A program made the translations under genes and the position numbers. The notes beneath the pieces were generated by a model. It did no database searches and was not told the DNA's origin. It saw only the letters and a list, made by a program, of their open reading frames with translations. From the NCBI RefSeq assembly GCF_009914755.1, contig NC_060929.1: 64,000 nucleotides of DNA. One strand, written 5' to 3'. Positions 16,241 to 31,137 of the stretch are shown here, one piece after another; positions within the stretch are counted from its first letter, which is position 1; every line of letters starts with the position of its first letter. Source of the DNA: the human T2T-CHM13v2.0 reference genome, Homo sapiens.

Positions 16241-18956
16241 AAACCATTCAGTATATGTTCAGGGGACTTTCTTACAGCAGTTTACATACTACATATCCTA
16301 TAATATAATAACCAATTGATCAGTTGGAGAATGTGCTTTTTGTTAACGTGAATTTTTTATCGATTATAAAATCTAGTTTATTGAGTAGTAGTTTGGGACT
16401 GGGGGAAAATAATACTCTAGCAAAAATATCTCCCAGTTTGAATGGTGTTCTTCTGTATTTTTATAAGAATAGGTGATAAGAATGTCAATGCTCAGGATGT
16501 CAAAGATCTGCAATACCAGTGAGAAAAAATAAAAAGCCATTACTGTTTGAAGTAAAGGCAATGTTTGCTCAAATAATGGATTTGCACAGTATTTTGACAA
16601 GAATAAACTTCCCTCATGCTTCTGGTGCTGTAGGCCTGAACGGTGCCTGGGAGTCAGTACTGTGCTTCTGAACTACTTCTTATGAACAGGAAGGAAATGG
16701 TTATAATGGTGGTTTAAGCAGGAGCTTGCTAAAAGTCAGTTAGCCTATGGCACTACAAATTATTATAATAGGCAACGATTTTCAGAAAAGGCTTTCAACT
16801 TAGAGAAAATAGACAGCACAGAACATCCACTGGTCACAAAAGCTTGGATTGTTCTAACTTCATAGTTCAGAAAACCCAAGGAGGAGGCTCTAGCTTCATT
16901 CTGCATGAAATGAGTATTATATTTTTGATTGTTAGAGATCTAGAAGATATTGAAAAGGGATATGAAAATGGGAATGTTTTCCTCTCTTGTCCCACCACAT
17001 AAAAACAGCCCATTGGAGCCTTGGATGGTCTAAATGGTCTAAATCTGGAAGTAACCTCCACTGAATTAGCTAGGGCTGCCTACCTCACTAATCTAACAGT
17101 CATATTCTATGTGGGAGGGTGGACTTGTGTCCTGCCTATGGTGTCTGCCTTACCACTAGTCTGTGTCAGAACCTGTTGGGCAACAGGCTCCAGCCCATCG
17201 CAGGGACTTCTCTTTTTCTCACATAATCTTATCATAAACCATTAGAGGGCTGATAACTTGTAAATAGAGTTTTGCTCACTGGTGTCTAATTTTTTCATGC
17301 ACATATTTCCTGTTTATCTTCTATCCTAGAAAACTTGGGAATAAGGTAATGAGAAGCGAAATAGTATATGTTTCCAAAAATATATGCATTTATATTGAGT
17401 TGCAACAAAATGTTTGTGATTACAATAAAATAATGATCATCACACAGAGGTACATCTTGTAAATAATTATTAATTATTATAACAATGCTAACATGTCTTT
17501 AAAAAACTGATTTTTTATTGTGGAAAGTAATGAGATCTATTACTTAATGTTTACACATATATTAAAAATACATTGTACTATCTAAACTGATTGTACTTTG
17601 ACAGCTTTAAAAATATATGACAAAACATGGTCCTATTAATTAATTTTTTTAAAAGCCTAGAAATAAAAGGTGAGGGCAATAGAAGACTCACAGCTGCAAC
17701 TTTAAGCGCTAAGCTCTTAGGGTTGAAAATACCTTATATCTGTAAGTCATAAAAAACTCAAAGTCTTACTATTCAAACACTGAACAGCTACAATTTAACT
17801 GGCACAAAGATCATCTGGCAAAATAAAACCATTGTCAAATACTGCTTAGTGTATACAAAAAAAACTAGAGGAAAAAAGTTATAAAGAATAAAAATGAAAA
17901 TATTTGTATAAAATTTCTATCTTTGGGAAATGTACTTTGTCGTCCTCTGTGTTATCAAAACCTGGCTGCATTTGCCTGTAGCAATTGGAAGTTGTGTGGG
18001 CTTCATAATCCCACACAGGTGAGGATTATGAAGTCATATTTAGCACAAATCAATTTTAAATTTATAGGTATTTCCCAACAGAGCGTAGAATTAATCTTCT
18101 CTTTGTATTTTAGAGAGCTAAATTTGCAGCCCATTCTATTTTTTGATAGGAAATACACCTTCAATTTTGACCCATAAGCTCAGAATTATGAGTTTACTTG
18201 CCAATAGAAAGAGGGAAGTGCAGAGACACCGAAGAGACAAATGTCCCATTCTCCAAAAATGCAGAACACATCACTATGAATGTAAGAAATGGGCAGAAAG
18301 TCAAAATCCACAATTCACAAAACAGAATGATCTAAAATGAGAAAGGGGGATGCAGACGTGGGCAGGGTGTAAGAATTGCTTTCAAAACTACTCCTAATTA
18401 AATTGATCAAAGCTGGTTTTCTAAAGCATTTCTCATGAGGATATGCTGGATGCTTCAAAAATAAATGGTGATTTCATCTATTTATCTTATGATTCTTCAC
18501 AATAGAATCCACTGCATAACCCAATATGTCCACATTAACATTTTAATTATGTAATTGTGATTGTATTTGCTATGAGCATGCATGTCAGAATGAAGGAATA
18601 ACAAGCTGCTCAGTAGCTTGACCTATTGGTCTGGTCTGGCTTTGTGGCTGAAAGGCTATGTGGCTCTGATAGCATCTCATGCAGAATAATGACAAAATAG
18701 TCGCCAGGGCATACAACTACAACCTGTAGGGAGTTAATCATGACCATTAATCTCCACCAGATTCTTCTATTATTTGAGGACTAGGGCATTGACAGAAAGA
18801 TATTTCATTTCATTTACTTAATATAAATGAATCTTAAGTCAGCTTCTCATCTTCTTGATGGCCTTGGAAAAGAAAAATATTGCATGTTAGCTAATTTGAA
18901 GGTGTATATTGTGTGAATTTGATAATCACTTCTATTGTGGAATACTGGAATTTTGA

Positions 18957-19301
<345 letters not shown>

Positions 19302-19846
19302 GGCAACTTCTTATAATCAGTGTCCTATGTCACAGGGATAGGAAAGAAAATTCATGGGAAATAAACTTTCTTCTTGCCCATTCCCATTTGAAACAAATCA
19401 TCGTCTGTGAGAAACTGAAGAGAAAATATTTTCCTTTATTTTGAACCTGTATAGCTTCCATTCTAGTAATATTTCAGCCTCAAGATTACTGGTTATACTT
19501 ATGCAGAATTCATGTTAGCTTTCAGTAGTTAAAATGCCATTGACAATGTTTCTGGTAGACTTACAAAAAAAGAGCTTTATATGATGAAACTAGAAATCAG
19601 AAGACCGTACGCAATATATTTTCCATAGTGAAACAACAAGAAATGGGTTGTTATATTTGGAGGTAATGGAAGTTGATGGTTAGGGCTTTTTGAACATTTG
19701 AGAAAGAGGTAGAAGTACATTTTTTTAAAAAGTCTAGAAAAGAGAGTGAGTCTGTTGGTATCTAAATTAAATATTTATTTTAGGTAAGATAGTTTTAAAA
19801 AACTGGGTAATGCATATTTTACCCCACTCCATCTCCACCACCACTA

Positions 19847-19849
19847 CAC

Positions 19850-19884
<35 letters not shown>

Positions 19885-19893
19885 CACACACAC
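19847..19893. repeat. (CA)n microsatellite, interrupted
   Basis: Read directly from the sequence. Confidence 0.95.
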
Positions 19894-19939
19894 CCTCCCT
19901 AGAAAAGAATAAACACAACCATGAAGTAATTTACTATGG

Positions 19940-20060
19940 AAGGAAGACCAAGTTGAGTTTGAAAATCTCTGTATTGGAGATTTAACTCATACGTGACTTC
20001 AGAGAAGTTATTTAACTTATTTAAGCCTTAGTTTACTAAACTCAAATTTGGAAGCACTGA
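19940..20060 (+). mobile_element. MIR fragment
   Basis: gtgacttcagagaagttatttaacttatttaagccttagttt resembles the MIR core. Confidence 0.6.
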
Positions 20061-21939
20061 ACTATTTTAATGTCTAAACTGTCCAAATATGTATTTTTTT
20101 ATTAAACCTAATAAACTGCCTAAAAGTTTTATGTCTAACTTTTAGTGTCTGAATTAGTTTATGCTAATACCTACATAGTGTAAAAATTTACCAAAAGCTT
20201 TGTTGTCTCAATTGTTTTGACTATATTATGTGGTGGACTTCTTAGAGAGGCTACAAATGCCTCAATGTTTCTGTTCCAAGAAAGTAGAGAGACTTGTGTC
20301 TTCTAGCAATACAGACATTTAAGCCTCATTGTACTTACCCTATAGTTTTGCCTAATTAAAAATAGTAATATCGAACAGACTTATTAAATTCCAGATAGTA
20401 CTAAATTTCAAAAGAAATTTAGTTTTACAAGACAGAAATGAATTGCAGAAAAATCTTGAAGAACTTGGAAATCATAACCATATGTCAACATGAACTGAAA
20501 AAGAACTATTGTGATAATTATAACAATGAAAACAATAATGATAGCTACATATGATGCACCAGTCACAGTTTTAAGACATATATATGTATGTCTATATATG
20601 ATGTAATAAAACTCTGTGATAGCCAAACATGTTTGATACTTTTGTCCAAATACAGTGATACCATTTTGAAGTGATATAATGTTTTTGAGTGACTATAAAG
20701 AATGGGTAGAAACACCTGAAAGTGGGTTACAGTTAAGCTGAATCTGACATATTGGTAGCACATCCAGATGCTGTCATCAGAGAAGCACATCTAGATGTTG
20801 TCATTGGAAATACAGCATCAGATGTCAACTACGAATATTTAGGATCACCAGTAAGAATCAACTCCAGGATTGCCTCTGGCAGAAACTAGATTATCAAATC
20901 ATTTGGCAAAACTTTAGGGCTACATTCCATCTGAGGATAATTCCCATATTAGGGCTGAAGACCTTTGTCAAATGCATACCAATGAAAGCAGTTGCTGGAG
21001 AATATGCCACTTGACCGTCTGAGTATATTGCCCACTAGAGCCTCCTTAGGGAAACTTGTCAATCAGTGAAGACATTAGTGATGACTGAGGAAGTTCTATT
21101 CTCACACTCTTGATTTCACATTATGGCCATTCGGAGTAGGGCTACGTGCTATTTGGTCATTGTCACATTTCAATCTATCGGATTAAATATCATCCTCCTG
21201 AAAGAAGTGCAAAAGCAGGAATGAACATCTATTTGAGGTCAGAATAAAGTAGAAAATTTATAAAATTTATGGGGAAGATTTCAACAGTAGTATGAAAGTA
21301 ATAAAATTATTGTGGCTGTGAGTTTCATTTGGGACTAAAGAGCTTTTTGTCTTCCTCTTAAAAATGTCTCTGCCTACTTAGAAAGCTTTTTTGTTTGTTT
21401 CAGACACAGTCTACAATAATTTTACACTAAATGCCTTAGACATTAAACTATGTTATTAAAACTATGGAAGATCTGTTAGTAAAACAGATTATTGGATAAA
21501 ATAAGAATGGCATAATGACAAGATAAATGGTAGTCTTTAAATAAATGTATTTATAGTTTTACCTTTTATACAATGAAGTTGAGGAAACTTACAAAAATAC
21601 ACACAAAATTACTTTTAAAATAATTAAAACCCTAGATAAAATATTAAAAATAAACTTAGAATGAAGCAAATTAGGATGGATATAACCCACACAGGTGCTG
21701 TAATATGGTTCTACTTGGAAGGGAGGTATTTAATCAGGATAAAAATGAAACTATTATTTGTCTTTTCAATATTCTGAAAAATATGTCTCTCTAAATAAAA
21801 TAAGTAATATGCAATAAATGAATCAAAAAATTTAAGCAGCACCTCCTTGGAGTAACTTTTAAAAGGAAATAAGCATTATAAAGAAATCAGCAGAGTGTTG
21901 CTATACTTCACCATATAGAAGAATCAGAATCATGTGAGA

Positions 21940-22345
21940 GGTAATTGTGTGGAGTGATGAAGTACAGAGTCAATATAGTTTCAACTCCTAGGTTAAACAT
22001 TCATTAGCTTTACATCCCTGACGAGGTTATTGAATATCTCAAAGTTCAGGTTTTTGTTGTTGTTTTTTGTTTTTTGAGACGGAGTCTCGCTCTGTCACCC
22101 AGGCCGGAGTGTAGAGGTGCAATCTCGGCTCACTGCAACCTCAGCCTCCCAGGTTCAAGGGATTCTCCTGCCTCAGCCTCCTGAGTAGCTGGGACTACAG
22201 GCATGCACCACCACGCCTAGCTAATTTTTGTATTTTTAATAGAGACAGTGTTTCACCATGTTCACCATCAGAGTTCAGTTTTTCCATAGTATCTACAGCA
22301 CTGGTGGTGCTAAAGAATTTAGCAAATGCTAAGTAAATAGTAAGT
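21940..22345 (+). mobile_element. MIR interrupted by an Alu
   Basis: gaggttattgaatatctcaaagttcag on the left continues as gagttcagtttttcc...aaatgctaagtaaatag on the right of the Alu. Confidence 0.55.
22051..22268 (-). mobile_element. 5'-truncated AluS
   Basis: Right arm, linker and part of left arm; TSD caaagttcag/cagagttcag; ttcaccat duplicated at the 5' junction. Confidence 0.92.
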
Positions 22346-22544
22346 GTTAAATAACATCAATTATTATTATTATCATCAGCAGAAAGAGGAGAAGGGATAA
22401 ACAGTAATTGCTAAACAAATAGTAATTACTATTATTATAATTATTATTATTAGATGAGAGGAAGAAATTGGGGCAGTAATTATAAAACATCCCCATCATG
22501 GTCTTGTGGTAAGGGTTTCTATTAGCATTATAGTATATAAATAC

Positions 22545-22682
22545 ATAGCAATGTGTGTGTGTATACACATACACATATGTATACACACACATACAATGCT
22601 ATATTGTGTGTATATATATTGTGCGTATGCATATATATGCTATATATGCATATGGATATATATACATATATATACACACATG
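22545..22682. repeat. Compound (TG)/(CA)/(TA) low-complexity tract
   Basis: Read directly from the sequence. Confidence 0.9.
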
Positions 22683-24511
22683 CTAAAAAGAATTATAGTT
22701 GCATTTCTATACAAATTTTTAATGCAACTAGATTTCAACTTTATATATGTGGTAGGATAAAAAGACAACTTTATTATTTTCCATACGAAAGACATTTTTC
22801 TCCACATCATTTTACAATATAATGTATTCTGTCTTCATTGATTTATGACACCTCCAATATTATATTCTAACTCCATATTTACATGGCTGTGGTTCAGAGT
22901 CTTTTATTTGTCCATGGATTTATTTATACATTATTGTACTAATTCTCCAATATTTTTATTAGTGTAAACTTGTAGTGTATTTTAATATCTAGTAAGACAA
23001 TCTACAGTTTTTATTGTTTTATTTTAAACAAACTTCACATTCCAATAAAACATTTGTAGCATGGAAACTCTTTTGGTAAATAGTTAATTTCTCAAGGATA
23101 AATTAACTTTTTGTTTGGCGTTTCATGGCTAAATAAGGCATGAAAATCAAGATTGTTTTGCTGGCAAACTTTTTAAAATTGTTTTAATAAATGGCTTAAC
23201 CTCTTTTGATAATTTAAAATAATTGCAAAAAATATGGTACAATTTATTGTGGGAATAACAATTTACATATCAAGTTGATAAATAGATGGTTAAACCTGCA
23301 TCAAAACCAAGTTACACTGCTATTTAATAATTATATTTCAGAGTAACAGGTAAAATAGTTAAATGATTAAAAACTTATATTTCATCTTATTGTTAGAAGT
23401 TCAAATTTTATATATTTTTCTATTTTTTCTCATAATTATAACAGCAGTTTCTCAATTCTATGTCATTGTTTTTGTTTCATATTAGTTATATGACAATATT
23501 TATATTGATGAAAACACATTTTGTGCTAAGCTGTAAGTTATTTTAGCATACATACTTTAGTGTTTTCTTTATTTTGCCACTCCTTCTCTGCTGTCATGGA
23601 TTTAAAGCTGCTGATTTGGAATATTTTTATGCCTTTAGCATGGTATATTTCTGAGATTGGCCAGAATAGAAAGATTTTATATTGCTTTTAAATAGAATAG
23701 AAGTTGTATAAAGCTGCCTGGAGATGTAGGATTAATATTTTACCCTCACCACAATTCCTATTTCATATGACTTTCTCTTTGTCACTACTAAATATGTGCA
23801 AAGATGTATTTAAAATAAAATACCTTCCACAAACTTTACTCTCTGATTACTTTGATCTTTCTACTCTTAAAAATTAAATAACTAAATTCAGCTCATTGCG
23901 TATAGGTCAGTACAATTGTACACTTAAATATTTGCCATGATTCTATGTATATTCTGGCTAAACAAATACAAAAAGTAGAAGGTAGAAACTGATTGTATCA
24001 GAATTTTTCTGAGGAAACTATTTTTGAAATGTGAAAGGCAAATGTAATTTTATTTCACTATTTTCTGTAAATCTTCAAGGAATATAGAACACATATTTAT
24101 TTTCTTTCAATTGTCTATGTAATGAGTTGTTGAATTTTCCAGCAAATATCCATTAATACTTGATTCTGAATGATCAAGATTAACTGTGTGCAAAACTTTT
24201 CAGTACATAGGTGATTAGGTTTATTGCTGAATCTGTTTCCCTCTTTGTCCTGCCAGATTTGATTGTGGCCAAACATATTACAAACACAGAAATTTACAAA
24301 ATTTCGAGAGACATTACAAATTGGAGAAATATTCACAAGCATACCTCACAGATGGGGAAGATTGCATGCATGTGGGTTAATAGAGGAAGATAGAATTCAA
24401 ATGCAAATCAAGCCATGAGTTTAAAAAAAGCACACATAAACACATATATATGTGTACATATGTGTATGTATAATATATAAAGAATGTACACACATATGTG
24501 TATATATATAT

Positions 24512-26849
24512 CATATTAATCTGTTCTCACACTGCTATAAAGATACTACCTGAGACTAAGTAATTTATAAAGAAAGGATAGTTAATTGACTCATAGTTCC
24601 ATATGGCTGGAGAGGCATCAGGAAACTAACAATCATATTGGAAGGCAAAGGGGAAGCAAGGCACATCTTACATGGCAGAGGAGAGAGAGAGAGCGAGAGA
24701 GGGAAAGTGCCACACTTTTAAAACCATTAGCTCTCATTAGAATTCACTCACTATCACCAGAACAGCATGGGGGAAACCACTCCCATAATCCAATCACCTC
24801 CCACCAGGTCCCACCCTCAACGTGTGAGGATTACAACCCAAGATGAGATTTGGGTGGGGACACAGAGGCAAACCATATCATTATCCTCTTTGCCCCTCCC
24901 AAATATCATGCCCTTTTCACATTTTGAAGCCAATCATGCCTTCCCAACAGTCACCCAAAGACTTAATTCATTCCAGCATTAACTCAAAAGTTCAAGTCCA
25001 AAGTTTCATCTGAGTCAAGGCAAGTTCCTTCTGCACATGAGCCTGTTAAGTAAAAAGCAAGTCAATTACTTCCAAGATACAATGGTGGTAAAGGCATTGG
25101 ATAAATGCTCCTGTTCCAAATGAAAGAAATTGGCCAGAGCAAAGGGGCTACAGAACCCATGCAAGTATGAAACCTGGCCAGACAGTCATTAAATCTTAAA
25201 GTTCAAAATATTACCCTTTGATTCCATGTCTCACATCCAGGAAATGCTGGTGCAAGGGGTGGGCTCCCAAGGCCTTTGGCAACTGTGCCTCTGTGGCTAG
25301 TCAGGGTACAGCCTCTGCTGCTGCTTTCAGGAGCTGGCATTGGGTACTTGTGGATTTCTAGGTTCATGGTGCAAGTTGTCATTGGATATACATTTCTGGG
25401 GTCTGGAGAATGGTGGGCCTCTTCTCACAGTTCCACTAGGCAATGCCCCAGTGGGCACTCTGTGTGGGTGCTCCAAACCCACATTTTCCCTCTGCATTGC
25501 CCTAGCAGAGGTTCTCCATGAGGGCTCCACCCCTGCAGAGGACTTCTGCCTAGACACCCAGGCATTTCCTCACATCATCTGAAATCTAGGCTAAGGTTCC
25601 CAAAGCTCAACTCATGTCTCTGCACACCTACAAGCCCAACAGCAAATGGAAGCTGCCAAGGTTGGGTCTGAAGCCATAGACCAAGATATACGTTGGCACC
25701 CTTTAGCCACTGCTGGAGCTAGAGCAGCTGGGATGCAGTGCACTAAGTCCCAAGGCTGCACAGAGCAGCAGGATTCTGGGCCTGGCCCATAAAACCATTT
25801 TTCCCTCCTAGACCTCCAGGACTGTGATGAGAGGGGCTACTGCCAAGATCTCTGATATGCCCTGGAGACATTCCCCATTGTCTTGGCTATTAACATTCAG
25901 CTCTCATTACTTAAGCAAATTTCTGGGGCTGGCGTGAATAATTCCACAGAAAATGGGTTTTTCCTTTCTACCCCATGATCAGGCTGCAAATTTTCCAAAC
26001 CTTTATGCTCTGCTTCCCTTTTAAATGTAAGTTACAATTTCAAACCATCTCTTTGTGAATGCATGTAACTGAACATTTTCAGAATCAGCCAGGTCATATC
26101 TTGAATGCTTTGCTGCTTAGAAATTTCTTCCACTAGATACACTACATCATCTCTCTTAAGTTCAAAGTTCCACAGATCTCTAGGGTGGGGGCAAAATGCT
26201 GCCAGTCTCTTTGCATAGCATGAATGACCTTTACTCTGGTTCCCAATAAGGTCCTAATCTCCATCTGAGACCACCTCAGCCTGGACTTCCTTTTCCATGT
26301 CACTATAAGTATTTTGGCCAAAACCATTCAATAAGTCTCTAGGAAGTTCCAAACTTTTCCTCAACTTCCTGTCTTCTTCTGAGCCTTCCAAACTTTCAAC
26401 TCTGCCTGTTACCCAGTTCCAAACTCATTTCCACATTTTCAGGTTATCTTTATAGCAGGACCCCACTCTGCCAGTACCAATTCTCTATATTAGTCTGCTT
26501 TCACACTACTATAAAAAAAAACTACTTGAGACTGGTTAATTTATAAAGAAAGGAGGTTTAACTGACTCAAAGTTTTGCATGGATGGGAGGCCTCAGGAAA
26601 TTTACAATCGTGGTGGAAGGTGAAGGGAAGTAAAGCACATCTTATGTGGCAGCAAGAGAGAGTGAGAGAAGGAAAGTGCCACACTGTTGAATCCATCGGT
26701 TCTCGCGATAACTCACTCACTATCACAATAATAACATGGGAGAAACCACTCCCAGGATCCAATTACATCCCATCACATCCCTCCCTGGATATGTGGGGAT
26801 TACAATTCAAGATGAGATTTGGGTAGGGACACAGAGTCAAACCATATCA
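24512..26849 (-). mobile_element. Complete MaLR provirus, MSTA/THE1-type (LTR-internal-LTR)
   Basis: Two direct ~365-bp LTRs (24512-24880, 26486-26849), both ending aaaccatatca, flank a ~1.6-kb MST/THE1-like internal region with no intact ORF. Confidence 0.93.
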
Positions 26850-27393
26850 CATACATACATAGACACACACACACACACACATATGTGCATATATACACAC
26901 AGTACAAGATAGAGATTTGCCACAGGCCTTTCAACCAAGCATACTGAAAAAACAATTTATTTGTTTTAAACTTTCTCTCTTCTTGCAAATACAATATTTT
27001 GCTATTATTGGGAAACAGAAATTGATAAACCACTAGAAGTCAAGTGATAGTCCTTGATGGCTAGGTGTTATGACATTATTTGCTTGTGTTTGATGGAAGA
27101 TGGAGTTTCTGGTATTCCTACACACGCTGTCTATCAAAACACAGAGATGGCGCTAGTGAAAAATCAGAAAACTAAAACAAGAAACAAATTTACCAAAGGT
27201 GAAAAAAATCACCACGCTTTAAAACTGCATTTATTTAAGGAACATAAATTTAAATTTACCGATTCAATTTATGTTAGAAAGTGAGATTTAAAATAACTGC
27301 TAAAGGGAAAACAGTGATATATAAAGTGACAAGCAATATAGGCTAGAATGTTGAAAATAAAACTAAAACCCAAGATACTAAAAGAATCAAACT

Positions 27394-27688
<295 letters not shown>

Positions 27689-28547
27689 TCAAACTATATG
27701 TAAAAAGTTTCACTGTCAACTATGAAACTGGTTTAAATTTTGATAGCATTCTTAGGCTAATATTAGGACATCCTAGTCAACATGTTTGGCTTAAATAATG
27801 AGAAGACAATTTGGACAAACTTTCCAGGTAAAATATGATAATGCCTGCTACAAAGATTCACTAAACTTATTCCTAGATGAGTAGGAAGACTGAAGCAGAG
27901 TCAGTAAGATTTCAGTGTGTAACTTCATGTTTAGTTTACTTAGTTGATTAACATTTTTTGTCATAGAATCCCAGATACTTTTATTAGTACCTATATTCAA
28001 TTTCATCTCTTTACAGATATAAAATATAAAATAAGAAAAAAGCTCTCAGTTTGAATATAGGTATTAAATCTTATATATATTTGAATATGTTGATACTGCA
28101 AAATAGATTTGTATTCAGTAAGTAGAAAATATATAATACTGATTTAATGCATGCTTTAAGACTAAAAAAAAACAAAATATGTTCATACTATATAGGGCCA
28201 TTAGTTTTTCCTTTTAAATTAGGTCACCAACTAATGATCTATATTACTATATTAACTACTATTTCTGATAATAGCCAGCTTAATGTGAAAGATAGTTATA
28301 TTAAAATATTTTATAATATAAATATTAATAAATTATTTTAAAGACAGGTATATTGGACATGTCAAAAATAAAAGGTCATCTATGTAGTCATTACTCATCT
28401 TTCCAAAGTAATTTTATTTATTCAAGATAAGTCTGCCAGTTGCAATACCGACATTTTATTGTATGTGTATATGTGTTCATAAAATATGTCCCTGGATACT
28501 TATTCAGGAAGTAAATGCCTGTATGGATTGTCAGGTAATAGAGAACA

Positions 28548-28549
<2 letters not shown>

Positions 28550-28578
<29 letters not shown>

Positions 28579-28593
28579 ATACACACACACAAA
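28550..28593. repeat. (TG)n-TA-(CA)n palindromic microsatellite
   Basis: tttgtgtg...gtgtatacacacacacaaa. Confidence 0.95.
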
Positions 28594-29599
28594 TGTATTA
28601 TGTTTAATTTTTTTAAGGCACAACAATCAACTTTCATGACAGTAAGGTAAATTGGTTTATCTGTTTATTTTAACAATGCTCATCTCACAGAAGTTGTTCT
28701 TTCCACATTTGCCATAAAGAGCATAACTGATGTTTGTACAGTGAATCTAGAATCAAAGGGAAAAAACAAGTAATAATCTCTATTTATGACTGAAGAATGC
28801 TGAAGTGGGTTCAACAAATCTGCCTTCTACATAACTACTGCTAAACTTTACTTGTCAGTTGAAATTGTGATGTAGTCATTGTTCTGTCCAATCCTTATTT
28901 TTGCTCCACTGTGCCTGGACCTGGGCAAGGTACACACAGGTAGCTATGGGTGATGAAGTCTAATGTCTTGATCTGGAAAATCTTAAGTGTACTGGTGAAA
29001 GAGAGAAGTTGGCAAATACAATGTGTTCGATTCACAGTGGTGTAGGATTGAATATGATGGAACATATAGGGTGATAATCCATTCACATTTGGAGAGTTTA
29101 GGCAAAACTTAGTAAAGGAATAGAATCTATCCTTAGACATAGTGGTCAAATATAAAGAAAAAATGTCTCATGCTGCCTGTGATAATGGTGGCAATTTAAA
29201 GAAAAAGTAACACCAGGCAAAAGAAACAGTTTATGTAAAATACTTAGAGTGATTCTCAAATATAGATTCATAACTTGCTCTAAATTTTTGCAACAGTTTA
29301 TGTAGGTTCACTTTGAAATACAACAATGAAAGTATTTCATAAACTTTTATATGTGGTTTTATAAATGTTTGTGCTTGCATAACATTTTTAGTTTTAAATT
29401 TTATTCTTTCATATTGACACATTCTATATATACAAACACTTCTTAATAGGTAAAATACAGTTTGCAAGATCAGGTGTCTGTGTGTCTTCTAATTTTTGTT
29501 TATTTTCCAGGTAATTGAATCAAAATATCTATCAGCTATTGCTCTAGAAGAACTGCAAAGACTTCAATATCTGTGGAACACCAAGAGATACTCTTAGAT

Positions 29600-29900
29600 T
29601 TACTACAGTAGGTTATAGAGGAAAGCACGGCCGAAATAACAGAGAATATTATATTTAAAATTAAGGAGTTTGGATGTTATCTTGAGCCCATAGGGAAACA
29701 TTACAGAAGACATTTTTTAAGCAAGAAAGTGAGAAGATTAACTCTGTTCTTTGAAGTATTATTTCACTACTGAGTAAAGAAGGAAGGGTCACGAGGCAAG
29801 ATTCAATTAGACATGAAATGTACTGAAATAAACCGCTATAGTAATTCAGGAGACAGCTGAGGTTGTTTTAATTCAAGGCAGTAGAGTGGGGATAGAGAGC
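29600..29900 (-). mobile_element. L2 fragment
   Basis: ggagtttggatgttatcttgagcccatagggaaacatt...ttttaagcaagaaagtga resembles antisense L2. Confidence 0.6.
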
Positions 29901-30834
29901 TCTAGAAGTCTAGTAGGATCCATGGGGACATATAAAAATGTGCATATTTATTCCACTCTAGCATATTCACCACGTGATAAACTTCTTTTCAAAGAAAAGT
30001 AGTTTATAAAAAATTGTTTCAACATATGCAAGAGATGAAGTAAAAATATCAGTGACCTTTTTGAGTGGATCTTTAATATTGAAATTTTCTAATGTATCTA
30101 AAATATTTGAAATGCACAGACTGTATTTCTATTTAAAGTGCATATTTAGAATCTATTGACTAGCTCATATATTTGGAAAACAAAAACTCTCTCATATAAG
30201 ACAATGTGTTCAATTTTGAGATTTATCCTACCTGTCACGTTTAAAGATTGAACTACATACTACTGAGTTTAAAAGGATCTGGCTATTGTTAATGTGTATT
30301 CAAAAGGTAATGGTAAACTGTTATGCTATTGCAACAATAATAAAACCAATACTGGGTGTATTTTAGAAATTGTTAATGCATGCTAATATTATAATGAAAA
30401 AATAACTTAATGAACAAGAGTCCTATCAGGTATGAAGAAACAATTTAGAAATAGAGTTGTGACTATAAAGCCAGTTTACACCTTGGAGAGCGATCTATAG
30501 AATTTTAGTAATACAAGGACCTAAAGGTTAAAAATAATAAACGAAAGTTAAAGATTTTTTAAAGTAATAATATAGCCAATAGAACTTTTCTTCTCTAAAT
30601 CTGGATTTTCAATTTAATTCAATCAATACTTCTTGTAACATTAATGTTGTCCATCAAAGAAACATCTAGGGAGCACAAGCATGCCACATACTCAGAGACT
30701 GAAGTTTTAGCCAAAGAATATGTCATCATAAATACTCCTAGTTAGAGCCCTAATAAGAAACATAAGGATAATTTGGTTTAGGTTTAATAAATGTAGAGCT
30801 CTTTAGCCACTTAGAGCCCACCTGCTTTGCATGC

Positions 30835-31137
30835 TGTTTTAGTCCATTTAGTGTTGCTATGAAGAAATTCCTAGGCTGGGTAATTTATTTAAAAAAGAGG
30901 TTTATTTTGGCTCGTGGTTCTGAAGGACATACAAGCCTGGTGCCAGCATCTGCTTCTGATGAAAGCCTCAGGAAGCTTCCAATCACGGCAGAAGTCAAAG
31001 CAGGAGCTGGTGTATCACATGGCAAGGGAGGGAGCTAGAGAAAGAGGAGGTGGGAGCAGTTGCCAATTTCCTTTTAAACAGCCAGCTCTCCCATGAACTA
31101 ATAATAGAATGAGAATAACAGAATGAGAACTCATCAG
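30835..31137 (-). mobile_element. MSTB-like MaLR LTR, truncated
   Basis: ttagtccatttagtgttgctat, ggctgggtaatttat, gcctcaggaagcttccaatcacggcagaag. Confidence 0.8.

Noticed and set aside
21100-21215. Minus-strand acceptor ttttgcacttctttcag|G
   Set aside because: No strong paired donor and no recognisable reading frame.
27140-27156. CTCF-like agagatggcgctag
   Set aside because: Only the 3' half of the core motif matches.
28690-28770. Minus-strand acceptor ttttttccctttgattctag with a possible 56-nt exon
   Set aside because: Donor TCT|GTGAGA is weak; not supportable without RNA data.
29490-29516. + strand ttttccag|gtaatt recursive-like motif
   Set aside because: Opposite strand to the inferred transcript and expected by chance in AT-rich DNA.
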